DNA from: Halobacterium sp.
Lineage (GTDB): Archaea; Halobacteriota; Halobacteria; Halobacteriales; Halobacteriaceae
Assembly (NCBI GenBank): GCA_042216245.1
Contig: JBDGUB010000010.1
Location: 50,481 to 114,480, forward strand
Length of the DNA: 64,000 nt
Direction: 5' to 3'
Made by a program: the position numbers and the translations under genes. A model generated the notes under the pieces. That model was given only the letters and a program-made list of their open reading frames with translations. It was not told the DNA's origin and did no database searches. This document shows positions 38,489 to 48,070 of this stretch, one piece after another. The number at the start of each line of letters is the position of its first letter. Within the stretch, counting starts at the first letter, position 1.

Positions 38489-40246
38489 ATGAGCGTTCGA
38501 ACCGCGTACGAGAATCTGCTGTGGCGGTCCATCTCGCTGGTCGGCGCCGACGGGAGCGTCGAGCGGAAGATGCTGACCGCGGTCGGACTACAGTTCCTCG
38601 GCGCCGTCGCGATGGCGGTCCTGGCGGTGTTCACGACCGGCGTCGTGCAGGTCGCGGGAGTGGGTGCGACCCTCGTGCTGTCCGGGGTCGCGTTCTTCAA
38701 CACGTACCTCGTCGCCGAACGGGACTTCGTCCAGCCGCTCGTGGACCTCGAGGACGCCGCGGACGACATCGCCGCGGGCGAGTTCGAGCGCGCGGACATC
38801 CCGGACTCCGAGCGCGACGACGAGGTGGCGAGCCTCGTGGCGTCGTTCCGGGCGATGCAGGGGAACCTCGCGGTGGCGTCCCGGCAGGCCGACGCGCTCG
38901 CCAGCCAGGACTTCGACGCGCCCGCGCTCGACGAGGACCTGCCCGGGACGTTCGGCGCGAGCATGGCCGAGATGGCCGACAGCCTGGAAGCCCACACCGC
39001 CGAACTGGAAGCCCAGCGGGAGCGCCTCGAGCGCCAGTCCAACAACCTCACGCGCCTCGTGGAGACGCTCTCGGCGGCGACCGACCAGGCGCGGGCCGGC
39101 GACCTCACGGCGACCGTCGACGTCGACTCCCTGGACGTCGGCGAGGAGCACCGCGCCGTCGTCGAGGACTTCAACGACCTCCTGGAGACGCTCGGCGGCA
39201 CCATCGCGGACATCCAGTCGTTCGCCGACGACGTGCTGGCGGTCTCCCGGGAGACCGACGGCCGCGTCGACGAGGTCGCCGAACACAGCGACGAGGTGTC
39301 CGCGTCCGTCAACGAGATCGCGGCGGGCGCCAGCCAGCAGACCGAGCGCCTGAACGACATCGCCGCGGAGATGGACACGCTGTCGGCGTCCGTCCAGCAG
39401 ATTGCGGCGAGCGCTGACGACGTCGCCGACACCGCGCAGTCCGCGGCCGACCGCGGGGAGGCGGGCCGCGAGCAGGTCGAGGACACCATCGAGGAGCTGC
39501 GGGACCTCCGCGAGCAGAGCCAGGCGGTCGCGGAGACCGTGGAGGCGCTCGCCGAGGAGGTCGACCGCATCGACGGCATCACCGACATCATCGAGGACAT
39601 CGCCGAGGAGACGAACATGCTCGCACTGAACGCGTCCATCGAGGCCGCCCGCACCGGGTCGGACGGCGACGGGTTCGCGGTGGTCGCCGACGAGGTCAAG
39701 AGCCTCGCGGAGGAGACCCGCGAGCAGGCCGGCGACATCTCCGAGCTCGTGGAGGCGGTCACCGCGAAGGCGGACGAGGCGACCGCCGCCATCGAGGAAG
39801 TCGACGCGGAGGTCGAACGCAAGATCGACAACACGGAGTCCGTGCTGCGGGACTTCGAGGCCATCGTCGACGAGGTCGAGGACGTGAACGCGGCCGTCCA
39901 GGAGATCTCGGCGGCGACCGACCAGGGCGCGCAGTCGACGACGGACGTCGTCGGGATGGTCGACGAGGTCGCGAGCGTCAGCGAGGAGACCGCCGCGGAG
40001 GCCGCGACGGTTGCGGACGCCGCCGAGGAGCAGACCGAGGCGACCGACGAGGTCGCCGACCGGATGGACGAACTCGCGGACCGCACCGCGTCGCTCACCG
40101 ACCTCCTCGACGACTTCGACGTGCCGGCGGCCGCCCGCGAATCGGCGAGCGGCGGAATGGACACCGGTGGACGGACCGACGCCGACCCCGGCGAGGCGGC
40201 CGTGACCGACGGCGGCGACCCCTCGGAGTTCGACTGGGGCACCTAG
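38489..40246 (+). CDS. Methyl-accepting transducer (Htr), membrane hairpin with no extracellular domain, MpcT/Htr14-like
   Basis: Two adjacent TM helices, HAMP domains, IAEETNMLALNASIEAARTG..GFAVVADEVK. Confidence 0.88.
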   Translation: MSVRTAYENLLWRSISLVGADGSVERKMLTAVGLQFLGAVAMAVLAVFTTGVVQVAGVGATLVLSGVAFFNTYLVAERDFVQPLVDLEDAADDIAAGEFERADIPDSERDDEVASLVASFRAMQGNLAVASRQADALASQDFDAPALDEDLPGTFGASMAEMADSLEAHTAELEAQRERLERQSNNLTRLVETLSAATDQARAGDLTATVDVDSLDVGEEHRAVVEDFNDLLETLGGTIADIQSFADDVLAVSRETDGRVDEVAEHSDEVSASVNEIAAGASQQTERLNDIAAEMDTLSASVQQIAASADDVADTAQSAADRGEAGREQVEDTIEELRDLREQSQAVAETVEALAEEVDRIDGITDIIEDIAEETNMLALNASIEAARTGSDGDGFAVVADEVKSLAEETREQAGDISELVEAVTAKADEATAAIEEVDAEVERKIDNTESVLRDFEAIVDEVEDVNAAVQEISAATDQGAQSTTDVVGMVDEVASVSEETAAEAATVADAAEEQTEATDEVADRMDELADRTASLTDLLDDFDVPAAARESASGGMDTGGRTDADPGEAAVTDGGDPSEFDWGT

Positions 40247-40292
40247 GGCCGACTGCCGAGCCTTTTTCTCCGGCGGCGTCGTTCGTTCGCGT

Positions 40293-40748
40293 ATGCTCCC
40301 GATCGACCCGAGCGACCTCGACCCCGAGGACTACGGCGAAGAACAGGCCGTCCTCCACATGGACCACGACGACGCCGTCGAGCACGTCCGCGAGGCGTTC
40401 GCGGACGCCGGGTTCGGGTTCCCCGTGGAGTTCTCGCCGTCCGACCTCCTGAACGACAAAGTGGACGCGGACCGCGACCCCTACTACGTGCTCGGCGCGT
40501 GCAACCCCGAGGTCGCGGACCGCGCGCTCGACGCCAGCGACCGCCGCATTGGCGGGCTGTTCCCGTGTAACGTCGTCGTCTGGCAGGAGGAACCGGGCGT
40601 GCAGCGCGTCTACCACGTCTCCATCATGCGCATCGCGCGCCTCGTCGGGATGGCGCCCGACGACGAAGAGTGGGCGAGCATCGTCGAGGAGACCGGCGAG
40701 TACGTCGACGAGGCGTTCACGAACCTCGACGCCGAACGCCGCGACTAG
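40293..40748 (+). CDS. DUF302-domain protein
   Basis: YYVLGACNP..IGGLFPCNVVV. Confidence 0.85.
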   Translation: MLPIDPSDLDPEDYGEEQAVLHMDHDDAVEHVREAFADAGFGFPVEFSPSDLLNDKVDADRDPYYVLGACNPEVADRALDASDRRIGGLFPCNVVVWQEEPGVQRVYHVSIMRIARLVGMAPDDEEWASIVEETGEYVDEAFTNLDAERRD

Positions 40749-41503
40749 AACCCGAGGCGGCTCGACGACTCCGGCGCGTACTTGACGGCGACGTACAGCA
40801 GCGCCATCAGCGTCGCGTTGTAGAGGCCGTGGGCCACCGCCGGCACGACGACGTTCCGGGTCCGCTCGTAGACGTACCCGAAGACGATGCTCGGCACGAA
40901 CAGCACGCTGATGGTGACGGCGACGGCGCCGAGGCCGCCGGTGAGCGCGAAGATGTGCAGCGGCGCGAACGCCGCGGACGCCAGCAGAATCGACGGCCAC
41001 ACGTCGAAGCGCTCGCGGAGCACGCCCTGGATGACGCCCCGGAACAGGAGTTCCTCGCCCGGCCCGACGAGCACGAGCATCAGCGGGACGAGGTACGGGA
41101 TGATCTCGGGGTGGTTCATCGCCGTCGTCGCCGCCTGGTTCGACGCCGCCTCCACGGACGCGAGCGTGATGAGCACCTGGAGCGCGTACACGACGACGAA
41201 CGCGACGAGGTACGCGCCCACGGTGTACTTCGCGTCCGACCGGTCGGGGAACTCCGCGGGGACGAACGACCACGAGCGGTCGCTCCGCCACACGTACAGC
41301 CACGCCGTCAGCGGGAACGCGACGCCCTGGAGGGAGATCATCGAGAGGCCGAGCGCGCCGACGCCCCCGAGTTCGTTGCCCGTCGCCGCCACGTAGACGT
41401 TCGCGAACACGACGGCGACCGGCACCGCCAGCACGAACCCGAGAATCGCGAGTCCGAACGCGACGCCGACGACCGTCAACTTCCGGGAGGTGGCCTCGTC
41501 CAT
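40745..41503 (-). CDS. CPBP (CAAX/Abi) intramembrane metalloprotease
   Basis: EELLFRG, FAPLH, AHGLYN. Confidence 0.9.
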   Translation of the reverse strand: MDEATSRKLTVVGVAFGLAILGFVLAVPVAVVFANVYVAATGNELGGVGALGLSMISLQGVAFPLTAWLYVWRSDRSWSFVPAEFPDRSDAKYTVGAYLVAFVVVYALQVLITLASVEAASNQAATTAMNHPEIIPYLVPLMLVLVGPGEELLFRGVIQGVLRERFDVWPSILLASAAFAPLHIFALTGGLGAVAVTISVLFVPSIVFGYVYERTRNVVVPAVAHGLYNATLMALLYVAVKYAPESSSRLGF

Positions 41504-41553
41504 GGCCCGGGGTTCGCCGCGAACCGCGAAAAAGCCCGGGGCTTCGACGTGGG

Positions 41554-42819
41554 TTACGCGAACTCGGAGAGGTCGGACTGGACGCCCGCGACCATCGCGG
41601 ACTTCCGGCGGAGCGCCCCCAGGGACACCGGCAGGTGGTCGGCGACCTCGCGGACCGCGCCGTGGAACGTCTCCGCCTCCCCGGGTTCGCCGTCGAACGC
41701 GTTCCGGACGCTCTCCCGGACCTGCCAGACGCCGACGGGCGCCCAGTAGTCGTCGCTGACCTCCCGGAGCACCAGCGCCTTCGCCTGCCGGCCGACCTCA
41801 GAGAGGTGTTCGAGGACGCCGAGTCGCGCCGCGTAGTACGCGCCCGCAGTCTCGTCGACGTACCCCGAGCGCCCCTCGTAGCCCTCGCTCGCGGACGCCA
41901 TCCAGAGGTCGCCCTCGGGGTCGGGGTTCCAGATGCTGCCCGGCGCCTTCATCTCGACGAGCTCGTACTCCCAGCGGCCTGGCGCCAGAATCACCCAGTA
42001 CCGGTTGCCCATGTACTCGTTGACGTGGACGGTGACGCGGTCGACGCTCGGCGCGTCCCGAATCGTCCCCCGGAGGTACTGGCCGATGGTGTCGTCGACG
42101 GCCGTGATGGACCACCGCGTCGGGACGAGCCGCCGGTGCTCGGACTGCCCGAGTGCGCCCACCGACAGCACGCGATTGATGTCGTAGACGTCCAGCCCCC
42201 GCCGGTAGAGGTACGTCATCGCGCCCGCCGCCGCCCAGTCGTCGTCCTCCAGGGTCTTCTCGACGTACCGCGGCACGTGGGGGTTCTCCGTGAGGTCCGC
42301 GGACTCCGCCTGCGCGTTCGGCCCCGACGGCGCGTTCGCCGCCGGGGTCGCGTACTCGTCGGGGTCGAACTCCGGCGCGTCCGACAGCCCGATCTCGACG
42401 TCGACGGGCCGGTCCGCCATCGCGACCTCGCGCTGCGTCCCCACGAACCCGTCCCAGACGTCGTGGACGTTCACGTTCGCCGCGCGCCGCGAGTTCAAAA
42501 GTCCCGTCCGGTACTGCAGGACGTTGTCGATGCCGAGGCCCTCCTGGTACCACTCGCCGCTCGTCGCGAACTCCTCGGGGTCCGCGTCCCCCGCCACCGG
42601 CGACAGGATGCCCGCCGACACGTTCGGGTACGACGACCGCCCGACGAACACCGAGGGCGCGGTCGCGCCGACCAGGGAGTCCCCCTGGACCGCCGACTCG
42701 AACCCCGACTGCACGTCGTCGATGAAGTCCAGGACCTCGTAGGACTTCTCGTCCGCGAGACGCCGCCGCTGGACGTCCTTGTCGGGCTCCAGCCCCTCGA
42801 TGTAGTCGTCGAGTTGCAC
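41554..42819 (-). CDS. nreA: Archaeal DNA repair protein NreA
   Basis: PSVFVGRSSYP, RRLVPTRWSITAVDD, GAYYAARL, PVGVWQVRE, C-terminal PIP motif QSDLSEF; GTG start. Confidence 0.92.
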   Translation of the reverse strand: MQLDDYIEGLEPDKDVQRRRLADEKSYEVLDFIDDVQSGFESAVQGDSLVGATAPSVFVGRSSYPNVSAGILSPVAGDADPEEFATSGEWYQEGLGIDNVLQYRTGLLNSRRAANVNVHDVWDGFVGTQREVAMADRPVDVEIGLSDAPEFDPDEYATPAANAPSGPNAQAESADLTENPHVPRYVEKTLEDDDWAAAGAMTYLYRRGLDVYDINRVLSVGALGQSEHRRLVPTRWSITAVDDTIGQYLRGTIRDAPSVDRVTVHVNEYMGNRYWVILAPGRWEYELVEMKAPGSIWNPDPEGDLWMASASEGYEGRSGYVDETAGAYYAARLGVLEHLSEVGRQAKALVLREVSDDYWAPVGVWQVRESVRNAFDGEPGEAETFHGAVREVADHLPVSLGALRRKSAMVAGVQSDLSEFA

Positions 42820-42965
42820 GCCCGGCCGTACGCACCGGAGTCGCTTAATCGCACGGGTCGCCGGCAGGACGGCCCTCCGCGAACTCCGACGTCGTCACCG
42901 ATTCCGTGACAGCCTCGAAATCTCCGCCCGTCGGGGAGTGCCCGGGCCGAGATCCACCGGCGAAT

Positions 42966-43080
42966 CAACCGACAGAACCGCCCGACCGACCAACCGACAG
43001 AACCGCCCGACCGACCAACCGACAGAACCCGCCAACTGACCAGTTGGCAGAAACGCCCGACCGACCAACCGGTCGGCGGG
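42966..43080. repeat. 25-bp tandem repeat (~4.3 copies)
   Basis: caaccgacagaaccgcccgaccgac at 42966 and 42991 (exact), 43016 and 43041 (variant). Confidence 0.9.
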
Positions 43081-43101
43081 TGGGAACTCGAACGGGGCCG
43101 A

Positions 43102-43187
43102 GCGCTCGCGGCGCGAGACGACGCCAGGACCGCAGGAGCGAGCAATGCGAGCGACGAGGACCGCAGCGAGTCAGGTGCCGCGAGCGC
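43102..43187. repeat. Nested palindromic element with central GAGC-AAT-GCGA
   Basis: 13-bp arms gcgctcgcggcgc / gtgccgcgagcgc; internal direct repeat aggaccgcag x2. Confidence 0.65.
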
Positions 43188-43245
43188 GAGGGGGCGTTCG
43201 TGGAGGCGCCGTCGAGAACGGAAACTACCGCGTCCGATTCAGTAG

Positions 43246-46200
43246 CTAGTCAGCTTTCGCCTGCCACTCGCGGACGCTGTCCGCGCTGACGCCGGAGACC
43301 TGGTCGGCGACGGCTTCGGGTTCGGCTTCGGCGAGGTCGCCGACGTCCTCGATGCCGGCGTCCTCGAGTTTCTCGGCGGTCTTCGGGCCGATGCCGTCGA
43401 GGACTTCGAGGCCCCTCTGGCGCTGGCGTTCCTGGTACTCCTCGTAGTTGCAGATGGGGCAGCCGAGCTCCCAGGGTTCGTCGTCGTCCTCGCCGTCGAA
43501 CACGAGGAGTTCCGGGAGGTCGTGTTCGTCGCAGTAGTCGTCGGTGACCTCGATGTCGCCGCGGCGCGGCAGCGGCAGCGAGTACTCGCAGTCCGGGTAC
43601 CGCGTGCAGCCGACGAGCCGGCTGCCGGACGGCAGCTGCTTGATTGCGAGGTCGCCGCCGTGCTCCCCGCCGCACTCCGGGCAGTCGCCGATGACGCGGT
43701 CCTCGGACTCGTCGGCGGCCTCCGCGGCGCACAGCGGGCAGCCGTGGACGAACGTGTTCCGGCCGGCGAGCATCTTCACCTCGTTGAGGTCGTGTTCGTC
43801 GCAGGCCTCGTCGAGGACGATCGGTTCGCCCGTGGACGGCAGCGGGAGCGTGAACCGGCACTCGGGGTAGCCGTCGCAGCCGACGAAGTACGAGCCGGTG
43901 CGGCTGCGGCGCACCAGGAGTGTGTCCCCGCACTCGGGGCACGGCCCGAGGGTCTTGTCGGCCTTCAGGGACGTCCGGAGGTGTTCGCCGATGTCCTCGC
44001 GGGACGCCGTGAGCTCATCGAACACGCGGTCGAGGAGCTCGCGGGACTCCTCGGTGACGTCGTCGAGGGTCTTCTCGCCGTTCGCGATGGCGGTCATGTC
44101 CGCCTCGAGTTCGGCGGTCATCTCCTCGCTGACGACGAGGTCGGCGTACTCCTCGGCGGCCTCCACGACGGCCTTCGCGAGCGTCGTCGGGCGCGGCGGG
44201 TTGTCCTCGATGTACCCGCGGTCGTAGAGCTTCTCGAGGGTGTTGTGGCGGGTCGAATTGTGTACCACGATACCACCTTCCACCGCGAAATTCGGTGCCG
44301 ACTCGTCGATCGTCAGGTCGTAGACCGGACCGTCGTAGTCGCGCTCGGTGATAGAGGTGACGACCGTCGAAGCGGGCTTACCTCGAAGCGTTGCGTACAC
44401 CGATTCGCGGTAGCTATCAGTCGAGTACCGGAACGTTCGGTTGTCGTCGTGGCTTCGATTGCTTCCCTCGATGTGTCGTTCCACGTACCCCTCGCCGTCC
44501 AACTCCGACAGCGTGGTTCGGACGACCGCGACCGTCTCGTCAAGCCGTTCGGCGAGCTCGAATGTCGTCAGTGCCTCGTCGTCAATCGTTTCCAGCACTC
44601 GAGCCTTCCGGGTGGTCACCTTGTACCGTTCGAGTCGCTGGATACCACGATAGAACTTCTCGTCCGCCGCAATGGGGACGGTGTCGAGGAATCGTTCGAG
44701 GTCGCACCGGCCACGAACGTACAGTTTGTGCTGGGACTCGTTCAGCGTGGATTCGATACCGTGTCGGTCTAGCATCTCGGCGACACCGTCGAGGAGCGCG
44801 TGGTCGATGTTCGTGATGAACACCTTCCCGTCGGTCGAGATGTGGCCTTCGTCGTCGAACAGTGCGCCGACAAAAACTGGTTCGAGTGGCTCGGGGACCC
44901 TCGGACATCCGTCCTCGGCCACCGATTCCAGCACGAACGTGAGGATGCGTGCGACCGCGCTCGGAACGTGTACCTGATATTTCCGCTTGTGGTGCGGCTT
45001 GCGTCCCTCCCGCGAGGTCGCGCTCGGCTCGACGCCGAACAGCGTCTCGATGTCTTCGACAAACCGGTCAACGAGCCGCTCGTCCGTGTTGTGGTAGCGA
45101 ATATCGACGACGTTCTCCTCGTCGTTCACGTGAATCGACCCGTCGCCGAGGAGTGAGCCCAATACACGGGCGAGCGCCGGCGACCAGTCCAGCGGGAACG
45201 GGTTCTCGACTGTCGTCTCGTAGTTCAGGCCGTGAATCGCGTCCGGACGGATACCGACTTCACCGAGCAGCCACACCGGGACGTCCATGTCACCGTTCTC
45301 GTAGCGCGTGACCTGCGGACGGTGTGTGTCGAGACGCTCTGCGAATTCGGCCTGTGTCTCCCCCTCGGAACGCCGGCAGTCGGCGAGTACATCACCGCAG
45401 TCGACACCGTAGAGCTTGGAGTCTTTGTCGCAGCCTGCGGCGAACTCGCGCCACGTGACCACCGTCTCGTCGACCGTCGCGTCCACGCTCGGTGACTGCC
45501 GAGTAGTCAGCAGGCGGTCACCCTCGTCAACCGCTGCCAGTGGCTTCACCACCGCCGCCCCGTCTTCGACCAGGTAAACTGGGTGCTCGCCAGTCGCACT
45601 GAACGAGCCCGCTTCGGTATCGACACTGTAGACGTGTTCGTCGTCGTTCAGCGGTCGTTCACTGACGAGCGTCTGCTCGCGATCGACGATACGCTCGGTT
45701 CGCTCCTCGAACGAGAGCGTGGTCGGGCCGTCCTCAACCACAGCAACGTCAGTGTTACCGTCAGCGAGCGCGACTTGCCCGCTTTCGAAGAGTTCCGAGA
45801 CTGGTATCCGTGTTACGTCGCCGGAGTCATCTCGCACGAGGACCTTCGAATCATCCGTCAGACACTTCGTGCCAACCCCCAGTTCCTCCATGGTCTCGAT
45901 GAGCCGGCTCTGGCCGTACCGCCGCGGCGGCTGGGTCTGCTTGGCTTCCATGCGCGCGTCGGCGAGCGCGAGCGCGTCGCCCTCGTCGACGTCCGGGACG
46001 TAGTTCTCGCTCGTGTTGAAGTACGGGTAGACGTCGTGGTAGCCGCGCTCGACGAGGCGCTTCCCGTTGGCCTTCAGGGACTCGCCGTCGGCGTCCGCGA
46101 CGACGCGGAGGTGCTCCCAGACGGCGGGCTCCGCGAGCGTCGCGAAGAACCGCCGCACGACGAGCTCGTAGACCTCCCACTCGTCCTCGGAGAGCTGGTT

Positions 46201-47343
46201 GCGGTCGGGGAAGTCCGCGGTCGGGTGAATCGGCGGGTGGTCGGTCGTCTCCTCGTCGCCCTCCGTCGGCGAGAGGTCGTCGTGCTCGAGGAGGGAGTCC
46301 GCGTCGTCCCCGAACACGGTCCCGGAGAACGCCTCGAGGAGTTCGCGCTCGTCGAGGTCCTCGGGGTAGACCGTGTTGTCGGTGCGCGGGTACGTGATGT
46401 ACCCCGCCGTGTAGAGGTCTTCCGCGATGCTCATCGCGCGGCCCGCGGAGTACCCCAGGGAGCCCGCGGCGCGGATGAACTGCGTGGTGTTGAACGGCGC
46501 CGGCGGGTCGTCGCTGCGGGTGCGCCGCGACACCGACTGCACGACCGCCTCGCCGGCCGACTCGAGGACGTCGAAGGCGGCTTCGGCGTCGGCCTCGTCC
46601 CAGACGCGTTCGGCCTCGTTGCCGGCCTCGTCCTCGTAGAAGTACTGGGCCTCGAACTCGACGCCGTCCTTCGTCAGGTCGGCGAACAGCTCCCAGTAGT
46701 CGTCGGGCTCGAAGGCCTCGATCTCGCGTTCCTTGTCGACGATGAGCTTCAGCGTCGGCGTCTGCACGCGGCCGACGGAGATGAAGTCGTCGCCCATCTG
46801 GCGCGCGGACAGCGAGAGGAACCGCGTCAGGGCGGCGCCCCACATCAGGTCGATGATCTGGCGGGCTTCCCCCGCGGCCGCGAGGTCGAAGTCGATGTCG
46901 TCGGGGTCCGCGAACGCCGACCGCACCTCGTTCTCGGTGATTGAGGAGAACCGCACGCGCTTGACGGGGACGTCCTCGTTGACCTCGCGGACGAGCTCGT
47001 AGGCCTCCTTCCCGATGAGTTCGCCCTCGCGGTCGTAGTCCGTCGCGATGACGACGTCGTCGGCCTCGCGGGCGAGCCGCTGGAGCGCGTTCACGATGTC
47101 CTCCTGAGTCGGTTCCTTCACGACGTCCGCGTGGACGAGTTCGGCGGGTTCGACGTCCCGCCAGTCCGAGTACTCGGGCGGGAAGTCCACGCCGACGACG
47201 TGCCCGGAGAGGCCGATGCAGCGCCGGCCGCCCCACTTGTAGACGTTGACGCCGGTGACGGTGTCCGTCGACGCCCCTCCCTCCGAGAGGATGTCGGCGA
47301 TGCGTCGCGCGGCGTTGTTCTTCTCTGTGACGATGAGTTCCAC
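43246..47343 (-). CDS. topA: DNA topoisomerase I (type IA), intein-containing
   Basis: (M)ELIVTEK, ATDYDREGE, SVGRVQTP, GYITYPRTD catalytic Tyr, GTK/STR split by the intein, C-terminal Zn ribbons and HhH. Confidence 0.96.
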   Translation of the reverse strand: MELIVTEKNNAARRIADILSEGGASTDTVTGVNVYKWGGRRCIGLSGHVVGVDFPPEYSDWRDVEPAELVHADVVKEPTQEDIVNALQRLAREADDVVIATDYDREGELIGKEAYELVREVNEDVPVKRVRFSSITENEVRSAFADPDDIDFDLAAAGEARQIIDLMWGAALTRFLSLSARQMGDDFISVGRVQTPTLKLIVDKEREIEAFEPDDYWELFADLTKDGVEFEAQYFYEDEAGNEAERVWDEADAEAAFDVLESAGEAVVQSVSRRTRSDDPPAPFNTTQFIRAAGSLGYSAGRAMSIAEDLYTAGYITYPRTDNTVYPEDLDERELLEAFSGTVFGDDADSLLEHDDLSPTEGDEETTDHPPIHPTADFPDRNQLSEDEWEVYELVVRRFFATLAEPAVWEHLRVVADADGESLKANGKRLVERGYHDVYPYFNTSENYVPDVDEGDALALADARMEAKQTQPPRRYGQSRLIETMEELGVGTKCLTDDSKVLVRDDSGDVTRIPVSELFESGQVALADGNTDVAVVEDGPTTLSFEERTERIVDREQTLVSERPLNDDEHVYSVDTEAGSFSATGEHPVYLVEDGAAVVKPLAAVDEGDRLLTTRQSPSVDATVDETVVTWREFAAGCDKDSKLYGVDCGDVLADCRRSEGETQAEFAERLDTHRPQVTRYENGDMDVPVWLLGEVGIRPDAIHGLNYETTVENPFPLDWSPALARVLGSLLGDGSIHVNDEENVVDIRYHNTDERLVDRFVEDIETLFGVEPSATSREGRKPHHKRKYQVHVPSAVARILTFVLESVAEDGCPRVPEPLEPVFVGALFDDEGHISTDGKVFITNIDHALLDGVAEMLDRHGIESTLNESQHKLYVRGRCDLERFLDTVPIAADEKFYRGIQRLERYKVTTRKARVLETIDDEALTTFELAERLDETVAVVRTTLSELDGEGYVERHIEGSNRSHDDNRTFRYSTDSYRESVYATLRGKPASTVVTSITERDYDGPVYDLTIDESAPNFAVEGGIVVHNSTRHNTLEKLYDRGYIEDNPPRPTTLAKAVVEAAEEYADLVVSEEMTAELEADMTAIANGEKTLDDVTEESRELLDRVFDELTASREDIGEHLRTSLKADKTLGPCPECGDTLLVRRSRTGSYFVGCDGYPECRFTLPLPSTGEPIVLDEACDEHDLNEVKMLAGRNTFVHGCPLCAAEAADESEDRVIGDCPECGGEHGGDLAIKQLPSGSRLVGCTRYPDCEYSLPLPRRGDIEVTDDYCDEHDLPELLVFDGEDDDEPWELGCPICNYEEYQERQRQRGLEVLDGIGPKTAEKLEDAGIEDVGDLAEAEPEAVADQVSGVSADSVREWQAKAD
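44257..45864 (-). mobile_element. 536-aa intein with LAGLIDADG homing endonuclease and two HTH-like domains
   Basis: Starts CLTDDSKVLV after GTK; block B ATGEHPVY; LGSLLGDGS and VGALFDDEG; ends YDLTI..NFAVEGGIVVHN followed by Ser+1; visibly lower GC. Confidence 0.95.
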
Positions 47344-47518
47344 GGTGTACCTCCACCCGACTCGGGTGGTCGTTACGTCCGGTAAGCCGGGCCGGCGGGT
47401 AAAGATTTCGCTGCCGAAAACCGCCCGCAGGCGGCGGGGCAAGGCGCGCTCGCGTGGGCGGTCGCAGTGCGTGCGAGCACGCGCAAGAACTACCCGGTGG
47501 GCCGGCGAACGCTCGGCC

Positions 47519-47911
47519 GTGAACCGCTACGACGTCGGCCGCTGGTTCGGCGCAGTGCTCGTGGTCGTCGGCGCTGCGGCCGTCGCGGCGACGTACCCGC
47601 CGGAGCTCTCGCTCGGCGCGCAGGCCGCCGCGCTCGCTGCCGCGGGCGTCCTGTTCGTGCTCGCCGGGACGCCGAACCGACTCCGCGACCGCGTCGGCCC
47701 GCACCGCCTGATGGGCGTCGGCGACGTCGTCCTCGGGGCCTCCATTGTGGTTTCCGGGCTCGCCGGGGTCGGCGGTGACGACGACCTGGTCTACCTCGCC
47801 GCGACGCTGCTCGGCGGCGCGAGCCTCGCGCTCGTCGGCCTGCTGTACGTCTTCCGCCCGACGGAGTTCGGGCTCGGCGAAGACGGCTACCCGGAGTCCT
47901 CGACCCGATAG
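47519..47911 (+). CDS. Small 4-TM hypothetical membrane protein
   Basis: GTG start; four hydrophobic segments; fills the intergenic gap. Confidence 0.55.
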   Translation: MNRYDVGRWFGAVLVVVGAAAVAATYPPELSLGAQAAALAAAGVLFVLAGTPNRLRDRVGPHRLMGVGDVVLGASIVVSGLAGVGGDDDLVYLAATLLGGASLALVGLLYVFRPTEFGLGEDGYPESSTR

Positions 47912-48070
47912 AACATCCCTTTCGACGCCGGCCGCGCTCGACGCCCGCCCGGGACCGGGGAGCCATCCCCGCGGCCTCCAGGAGTTCCACGAAACGCACC
48001 GGCGGCCGGGACTTCGACGCGGACTTCAGTCCACAGAAAGCGTTTACGGGGGCGCTGCGACGTGTCCGGT

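Noticed and set aside
42966-43080. CRISPR array or iterons
   Set aside because: Head-to-tail tandem copies without spacers; no rep, cdc6 or cas gene nearby.
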